From: a virus
Lineage: Duplodnaviria > Heunggongvirae > Uroviricota > Caudoviricetes
Direction: 5' to 3' (one strand)
Virus record (IMG/VR): IMGVR_UViG_3300005805_000054
Span: 1 to 31,427 of that record
DNA: 31,427 nucleotides
Shown: piece by piece, positions 25,439 through 31,427 of the stretch
How the letters are laid out: every line of letters begins with the position of its first letter
How positions within the stretch are numbered: the stretch's first letter is position 1
The notes under the pieces: model-generated
The model's database searches: none
Told to the model about the DNA's origin: nothing
The model's input: the letters and a program-made list of their open reading frames with translations, nothing else
Program-made: the position numbers and the translations under genes

Positions 25439-26991
25439 TGGAACAAGTAAATCTATCAGCAAGTCATAACCCTGAATGGGCATTGTTCTTACCTGCCGTC
25501 AGTAGTTTTTATATATCTGGCTTGGGTAAACAGCGCAAAGGTGAACAATACTTTGACGCCGCACGTATACCTGCACAATTCAACGGTGATGTAGAGAAAT
25601 TAAACTTTCTTAACAGTAAAGAAGGTTTGTACTACTACAAGTGGGGATTGTACTCTGCTGGTCATGCTAACTTAGATACTACCGTAAACGATCCTAGTGA
25701 ATCTATTATCAGAGAGCGTGAAGAAGGTACTTTCATGTTGGGTGACAGTGGTGGCTTTCAAATTTTGAAATGTCAGTGGCCTGCTGATTGGAAAGATCCT
25801 AACTGCCCACGTGCTATGGTAAAGCGTAAAGCCGTGTTGAACTGGATGGATACATACATGGACTACGGTATGTGTTTGGATATTCCATCACAGTCATTGT
25901 CAACTTTTCATATCAAGGACCCTAAGACAGGTAAATCTGCTCACGGTATCAGTACGATTGAAGAAGCTATTACTGCGACTCATATTAACAACGAATACTT
26001 CATTCAAAATCGTAACGGCAATTGCAAGTTCTTAAACGTATTGCAAGGTCGTAATCATACACAATCAGATGATTGGTATGAAGAAATGAAGAAGTATTGT
26101 GATCCAAATATCTATCCAGACAATCACTTCAACGGCTGGGCATTCGGTGGTCAAAACAAGATTGATGTACACTTGATGTTGCGTAGACTTGTCAACATTA
26201 TCTACGACGGATTGTTAGTTGAAGGTAAGCATGATTTGATTCACTGTTTGGGTGTGTCTATCTTAGAGTATGCTGTATTGTTCACTGACATTCAGAAAGC
26301 TATTCGCAAGTATCATAATCCAAAATTAACTATTACATTTGACTGTGCAAGTCCATTCTTTAGTGCGGCTAAAGGTCTAGCTTATTTCAATACAGCGATT
26401 GAGCATAATAAAAAATGGTCATATCAAATGGAAAAGACTGCTGAAAAGAAATCTTATTCTACCGATAATCGTAAATTTAGAGATGCATGTCTAGCTGAGG
26501 GAATACATAAACAATTTACAGACAGTCCGATTACTGATATGTTAACCATGAAGGACCTTTGCTATCGAGGTCAAGGATTCTTGGGACAGCATGGTAAAGA
26601 AACTAAAACAAGTTGGGATACATTAAGTTATACATTGTTACAAAGTCATAATGTCTATACCCATATGTCAGCGGTACAAGAAGCTAATCGCCAATATGAG
26701 AAGGGTATAATGCCCAAAATGGTTATGAATCAATTCGATGAAGAACACTTTGGTGAAATAGTTGATAGTATCTTTGCACAAAAAGATAGAGAAAAGAGTC
26801 TAGCTATGATAGAATCACATAGCAGCTTCTGGATGCAAATGAAATCAGGTAGTCAAGGGTTCAGTGGTAAAAAAGCAATGAATGCCATGACAATGTTTGA
26901 TCAGTTATTTGAAATAAATAATGATGAATCAGAAGTTGATGAAGTCATTGAAGACAGTGATGATGAAATTTTCAAAGTATTAGGAGAATAA
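25438..26991 (+). CDS. tRNA-guanine transglycosylase (TGT)/DpdA-like base-exchange enzyme
   Basis: TGT motifs in order: DSGGFQ, CLDIP, VLQG, GWAFGG, HCLG, TFDCAS. Confidence 0.75.
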   Translation: MEQVNLSASHNPEWALFLPAVSSFYISGLGKQRKGEQYFDAARIPAQFNGDVEKLNFLNSKEGLYYYKWGLYSAGHANLDTTVNDPSESIIREREEGTFMLGDSGGFQILKCQWPADWKDPNCPRAMVKRKAVLNWMDTYMDYGMCLDIPSQSLSTFHIKDPKTGKSAHGISTIEEAITATHINNEYFIQNRNGNCKFLNVLQGRNHTQSDDWYEEMKKYCDPNIYPDNHFNGWAFGGQNKIDVHLMLRRLVNIIYDGLLVEGKHDLIHCLGVSILEYAVLFTDIQKAIRKYHNPKLTITFDCASPFFSAAKGLAYFNTAIEHNKKWSYQMEKTAEKKSYSTDNRKFRDACLAEGIHKQFTDSPITDMLTMKDLCYRGQGFLGQHGKETKTSWDTLSYTLLQSHNVYTHMSAVQEANRQYEKGIMPKMVMNQFDEEHFGEIVDSIFAQKDREKSLAMIESHSSFWMQMKSGSQGFSGKKAMNAMTMFDQLFEINNDESEVDEVIEDSDDEIFKVLGE

Positions 26992-26992
26992 T

Positions 26993-27205
26993 ATGCCATA
27001 TAGAAGTCGTATAAAGACATTAGAAGAATCATATCGTTTAGTAGAAAACCAGTTGTTTCAGTTAGAAAAAGCAGGTAATGCTGATCCTAAAAAAATTGCT
27101 AGCTTGCGTGAAGCTAGTTCAAAATACATGACAGAACTTAGACAAATGAATCGTGCTCAATGGGATCATGACCATGAAACAGTAGATTTAGATGATGACC
27201 GATAA
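26993..27205 (+). CDS. Hypothetical protein, 70 aa
   Basis: ORF track; TAGGAG Shine-Dalgarno. Confidence 0.7.
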   Translation: MPYRSRIKTLEESYRLVENQLFQLEKAGNADPKKIASLREASSKYMTELRQMNRAQWDHDHETVDLDDDR

Positions 27206-27764
27206 TCTATTACCCAATCTGGCGAAGCCTGAAATAGAATGGGATATTAATAAGCGAGTTATTGTTATTGATAACGCAATTAGCCCGGATATTTGTGATA
27301 GTATTATTAATTTTGCAACTGACAAGTTGGCTAAAGGTATTAATAAATATCCACAGGTTTTTAGTATTAGTTTTCATTCGTGTATGCTTCAGTTAGAGCA
27401 TGAAGTTCATCAAATGTTGCAACCAATATGGCAACAATCTATTGACAGATTGGGATTTGATATTGATTTCGTTGAACCATATGAAGTTAAAAGATACACT
27501 TCTAGAGATTTCTTTGGTAAACACGTAGATAATTACTACAGTTTAACCAAAGACATAGACAGAAAGATAACAATGAGTGTACAATTGACTGACAGGTCAG
27601 AATATACCGGTGGCGAGTTGTTAGTGTTAGGTAGAGACATATGTGCCAAGTCTAAAGGTAGTGTCACTATATTTCCTAGCATTTTTTCACATGAAGTAAA
27701 ACCCATTACTTCTGGTACACGATGGTCATTAATAAGTTGGGCGTGGGGCCCTTATTGGAGATAA
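27192..27764 (+). CDS. 2OG-Fe(II) oxygenase (prolyl-4-hydroxylase-like)
   Basis: KHVD (HxD), GGEL, HEVKPITSGTRWSL. Confidence 0.88.
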   Translation: MMTDNLLPNLAKPEIEWDINKRVIVIDNAISPDICDSIINFATDKLAKGINKYPQVFSISFHSCMLQLEHEVHQMLQPIWQQSIDRLGFDIDFVEPYEVKRYTSRDFFGKHVDNYYSLTKDIDRKITMSVQLTDRSEYTGGELLVLGRDICAKSKGSVTIFPSIFSHEVKPITSGTRWSLISWAWGPYWR

Positions 27765-27766
27765 TT

Positions 27767-28195
27767 ATGGAACAACATACAGTAGCATTGACTGAACAAC
27801 GTCAGCGCATTAAAGATAAAGCAGTACGTACAATTTTTGTTCGCTTTCAAAAAGAAGGCATTCATAAGTACCCAGCGGCAGCAACAGACCCTGCTCTCGC
27901 TACCGGCGATGAGTATGATGTTAGTTTTCTAGGAACTCCACATCGTCATATCTTTCATTTTGAAGTGTCTATTGAAGTAGAACACTCAGACCGAGCCATT
28001 GAATTCATTCAATTCAAAAGATGGCTAGAAAATCTGTACAAAGGTGGGACATTAGCACTTGACTATAAAAGTTGCGAAATGATTGCTGAGGACCTTTATG
28101 AAGTAATTGCTACACGCTATCCTGATAGAACAATTCATATTGAGGTTAGTGAAGACAACGAAAACGGAGCAAGATTAACATTCACTGCTTCATAA
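27767..28195 (+). CDS. QueD/PTPS-like T-fold protein
   Basis: HRHIFHFEV (HxH), SCEMIA and VSEDNENG segments, next to the TGT-like gene; start 27767 behind GGAG. Confidence 0.55.
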   Translation: MEQHTVALTEQRQRIKDKAVRTIFVRFQKEGIHKYPAAATDPALATGDEYDVSFLGTPHRHIFHFEVSIEVEHSDRAIEFIQFKRWLENLYKGGTLALDYKSCEMIAEDLYEVIATRYPDRTIHIEVSEDNENGARLTFTAS

Positions 28196-28905
28196 AGTTT
28201 ATGTATTGAAATAGAACATTTAGTTCGTTTAGTTCTGTTTGCTTGCTTCGGTAACAATTCTAAATTAGCATAATGTCCTATTACTTCAGGAGGAATCCCT
28301 TGGATAAATCCTTCAGTTTTACTAAACTTATGATCTAGTTCATACAAGTCTCCTCGTATGAGATTGTTTGGATTGATTAGATTATGATGATGCTTCTAGC
28401 TTAAATTAGTATAGTTAGTGACTTGTTCCTGATATAATTCCCATTGAGACTTTGATTCTTTTGGGATTGCTAATCCTAGCTTAATTTTAGTGTCAGATGC
28501 TTGTTTATATGACTCTGGATTTCTTTTTCTGGCCTTTTCTGTTTGCAACTTTTTAGCTAAATCAGTATGAGATTTATTGAACATTGGATTGTTATTACCG
28601 TAATGTCCGCCGCGCTCTTTTACTTTTTTAGATATCTTTTCCCCTTTAGCTCTAACCCACTCAGAATCAGCATGTAGTTCCTTCAATTTTTTATTACCAG
28701 ACTCACTCATTTTTTTCATATGTTTTATACGGTCTTCCGCAGTGGTGCGTTGTTTTCTACTATTTTCTGCTTTTTCAATAAAACCGGAACATTGAGTAAT
28801 TTTCTCAGTACAACGGGTAATCTTAGTATTAACACTTATCCAATTAGCTTGCTTACCGCAATAAAAACATATATCATTACGTGTGGGGTTGAATATTTTA
28901 GGCAT
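28135..28905 (-). pseudogene. HNH endonuclease gene (N-terminal Cys motif, NUMOD3-like motif, C-terminal HNH) interrupted by one in-frame TAG
   Basis: ORFs 28396-28905 and 28135-28347 share a frame: ...YTNLS*KHHHNLINPNNLIRGDLYELDHKFS...NLELLPKQANRTK. Confidence 0.75.
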
Positions 28906-28987
28906 AGTTCAATCTCTCTTTCATCATGTATTTATGCCGAAACAACAAAACCTTATCAATCACTCGCTATTTAAAGGAATTAATAAA

Positions 28988-29194
28988 ATGGCAAAACAAC
29001 AATATCAATCTAACCCACGTGTTGCTCAAATCTTTGAGGACCTAGAAAACTACTTGACATTCTGTCAAGACTATGGGTACAAGTTTGACGAATCAACACT
29101 ATACGATATGCGTAGTTTCGCATTTCGTCAGCATCAAAAACAATTAGCCGGTAAATGGGCTAAGGATCAATGGGCAGAGGATATGCGTCCATGA
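28988..29194 (+). CDS. Hypothetical protein (~68 aa)
   Basis: ORF track (28883); ATG at 28988 behind AAAGGA is the more likely start. Confidence 0.65.
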   Translation: MAKQQYQSNPRVAQIFEDLENYLTFCQDYGYKFDESTLYDMRSFAFRQHQKQLAGKWAKDQWAEDMRP

Positions 29195-29314
29195 ATAAAT
29201 CTGCGACTTATCAACGGTATCGACAATAGAAGGAAGTCCAATAAGAGTGACATGACAGTGGAAATGCTGTATAATAAGTTTAAAGAATTTAAGGAGCAAC
29301 TATGCGAAAATTGA
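29195..29314 (+). pseudogene. Possible 3' remnant of an HNH endonuclease gene
   Basis: Startless frame INLRLINGIDNRRKSNKSDMTVEMLYNKF resembles NLELLPKQANRTKRTKCSISIHKLYEAV of the neighbouring HNH. Confidence 0.45.
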
Positions 29315-30501
29315 TATATATGGGTCTCGAAAAATACAAGAGCAGATACACTTTTCAACTACAAGACTGGAATGAAACAGTGTTTAAGCGAAGAGGCATT
29401 GACTATGTTATTGTCCCGGGTGAAACACTAGATAATGACCAAGCTATTGTTACTGGACAAGTATTAGATGCTCATGGACGTACATACTTTGGTATGAGTC
29501 AATTAATGAATCTAGTAAAGATGATGAAACAAGGTGAGTGTAGTTATGAAGATATTGTCTACTTTGAAGATATGTTTCAGCCGGGCATTGAAAGTCTTCC
29601 TTATATACTTAAGCAAGTTCCTATTAATCTCCGTCCTCGTATATTTGTCCGTTGTCTAGCACAAAGTATTGACCCTGATGACTTTGTTCATGTCTGGGGC
29701 ATGAGTGAATTCATGGGTCACTATGAGAAGATGGTTGACTCATTCGTTGATGGTGTGCTTGCTTCAAATGAAGAAATGGTAATGCATATGAAGATTGCAG
29801 GTTGGAAGGCTCCGATCTACAATATCTCAGGCTTAGCATTTGGTAAAGAAGAAGTGCGTGGTCGTATCAATAATAACATCAAGCCTTTTACTGAGCGTAA
29901 GATGCGTATTGCATTTTCAGCACGGTGGGATCAAGAAAAGCAACCTGACTTCTATATGGATGTGATTGAAGAATTTTACAACCGTTATGGTATGAAAGAT
30001 CGTCATGGTGTATATCGTGGTGTAGAGTTCTGTGTGTTCAGTGGCAGTAAACTAAAAAGCAACAACGACAGTTATATGAAGCGTACAGAAGATATGCAAA
30101 AACGTGGGTTGTTAAAGATTCACGAAGACCTAGATAAGAATCAATATTATGAATTATTGAACGATACTAGAGTATTGTTTAACTGTGCTTTACAAGACTG
30201 GGTAAGTAATACAGTAAGTGAAGCAGATAGTTTAGGTTGTAATGTATTGTATCCAGCATATCGCAGTTTCCCAGAAACATTTGCGAATGATTATACAAGA
30301 ATGTATGCACCCTGGAGTGTTGAAGATGCGGCAATAAAGTTGTATAATATGTTACATCAGCCTCATGCAAATCAAGGTAAGATCAGTGACTGGACTAATG
30401 GTACAGTTGATAGAATTTGTGATATCTTAGAAGGTAACGGACAACAATGGTTGCGTATGGATACAGACTATCGCAAACATACCAGAGAGAGTAAATACTA
30501 A
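29302..30501 (+). CDS. GT-B-fold (GT4-like) glycosyltransferase
   Basis: FSARWDQEKQPDF and NCALQDWVSNTVSEADSLGCNVLYPAYRSFPE (Ex7E-like region). Confidence 0.75.
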   Translation: MRKLIYMGLEKYKSRYTFQLQDWNETVFKRRGIDYVIVPGETLDNDQAIVTGQVLDAHGRTYFGMSQLMNLVKMMKQGECSYEDIVYFEDMFQPGIESLPYILKQVPINLRPRIFVRCLAQSIDPDDFVHVWGMSEFMGHYEKMVDSFVDGVLASNEEMVMHMKIAGWKAPIYNISGLAFGKEEVRGRINNNIKPFTERKMRIAFSARWDQEKQPDFYMDVIEEFYNRYGMKDRHGVYRGVEFCVFSGSKLKSNNDSYMKRTEDMQKRGLLKIHEDLDKNQYYELLNDTRVLFNCALQDWVSNTVSEADSLGCNVLYPAYRSFPETFANDYTRMYAPWSVEDAAIKLYNMLHQPHANQGKISDWTNGTVDRICDILEGNGQQWLRMDTDYRKHTRESKY

Positions 30502-30513
30502 AAGGAGAATATT

Positions 30514-31203
30514 ATGTTTGAAACAACTTATGAAAATGAAATGTCGTATCGTTCAGCAAGCGAAGTCAACTCAGCAATGGGTCGTGTCTACGGACATATG
30601 AGTCTTGCTGTTATTGTATCAATGATTGTTAGTTACTTTGTGGGCACAAGTCCAGAGTTGTTGGCATTCTTTTTTACAGGTGTAATGAAATGGATTGTAA
30701 TCTTTTCACCATTAGTAGCAATCTTTGGTGTTGCTATGATTCTGGGCAATAATCCTAGTAAGGGAGTAGCACAACTTTGCTTACATGGCTTTGCGGCATT
30801 GATGGGATTGAGTTTTGCTACAATCTTTGCAATATTCACTATGGGTAGCATTGTATCAGCATTTATGGGCGCGGCAATATTATTTGCTGTAATGAGTGCG
30901 TATGGTTACTTTACTAAGCAGAGTCTAGATAGTGTTGGCAAGTTTATGTTTGTTGGGTTAATTGCTATCATCATTGCCAGCATTGTCAATATTTTTATTG
31001 GTAGTACTGTGATGCAGATGGTTATCAGTGCATTAGCTATTATCATCTTCCTAGGCTTGACTGCGTATGACACACAGAAGATTCGTGAAGAACTAAGTGT
31101 ACAAGCCAGTGATGTTGCGGAAGTACGTGGTGCATTAACTCTATATATGGACTTTATCAACTTGTTCTTAAACTTGCTACAACTGTTTGGTGACAGGAAA
31201 TAA
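30514..31203 (+). CDS. Bax inhibitor-1/YccA-family membrane protein
   Basis: About seven hydrophobic helices; AYDTQKI and ALTLYMDFINLF motifs. Confidence 0.9.
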   Translation: MFETTYENEMSYRSASEVNSAMGRVYGHMSLAVIVSMIVSYFVGTSPELLAFFFTGVMKWIVIFSPLVAIFGVAMILGNNPSKGVAQLCLHGFAALMGLSFATIFAIFTMGSIVSAFMGAAILFAVMSAYGYFTKQSLDSVGKFMFVGLIAIIIASIVNIFIGSTVMQMVISALAIIIFLGLTAYDTQKIREELSVQASDVAEVRGALTLYMDFINLFLNLLQLFGDRK

Positions 31204-31205
31204 TC

Positions 31206-31400
31206 ATGGCAACACGCAAGAAAAAAGAAATTACAGAACCAACAGTAGTTAAGGGAAATCATTTGACCGTAACTACTTTCCCTGACGGCAAAACTATGTT
31301 AGAATGGGATGATGAAGCATTATTAAAAGAAGTGCGAGAAGCACTCAACTCAGTAGAAGTACCAAAAACAAAACGCAAATTAAAAAAGGAAAAACAATGA
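31206..31400 (+). CDS. Hypothetical protein, 64 aa
   Basis: ORF track. Confidence 0.65.
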   Translation: MATRKKKEITEPTVVKGNHLTVTTFPDGKTMLEWDDEALLKEVREALNSVEVPKTKRKLKKEKQ

Positions 31401-31427
31401 GCGCACAAAATGATATCGAAACAAGTT
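31397..31427 (+). CDS. 5' end of a gene cut by the window edge (MSAQNDIETS...)
   Basis: ATGA overlap with the previous stop and AAGGA upstream. Confidence 0.4.
   Translation, partial: MSAQNDIETS

Noticed and set aside
28396-28398. Genome-wide TAG recoding (alternative genetic code)
   Set aside because: All long conserved genes are intact under the standard code, and TAG acts as a normal stop at 8862-8864, 8867-8869 and 10177-10179.
29191-29229. Micro-ORF MNKSATYQRYRQ* coupled to the 29194 stop
   Set aside because: Only 12 codons, and the same bases are better explained in another frame as an HNH remnant.
1-31427. tRNA or rRNA genes
   Set aside because: No cloverleaf with TTCGA/GGTTC T-loop signatures was found in the few intergenic gaps; the window is almost fully coding.

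Overview
AT-rich segment of a large T4-like/jumbo dsDNA bacteriophage genome, with most genes on the + strand. It holds a clamp-loader ATPase, PhoH, DnaJ and ClpA-type chaperones, a family B DNA polymerase with a probable sliding clamp, TilS, Dps and an SNase-type nuclease. It also holds a TGT/DpdA-like, QueD-like, 2OG-Fe(II) oxygenase and glycosyltransferase cluster, and several free-standing homing-type endonuclease genes. Two features are not explained by these gene calls. (1) An in-frame 18-bp repeat, CAAGGTGTGGCGGAAGGC (QGVAEG), occurs 14 times across three ORFs, 12 of them in a 1081-aa ORF. It separates variable 53-160 aa modules, one of which is duplicated exactly between repeats. It looks like a cassette-shuffled polyprotein whose junctions may be both prohead-protease sites and recombination points. 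(2) Three endonuclease genes with different catalytic domains share a ~68-nt upstream leader with compensatory base-pair changes, and an identically spaced C-terminal C-x2-C-x12-H-x3-C finger. All calls come from motif recognition by eye; no database searches were run.
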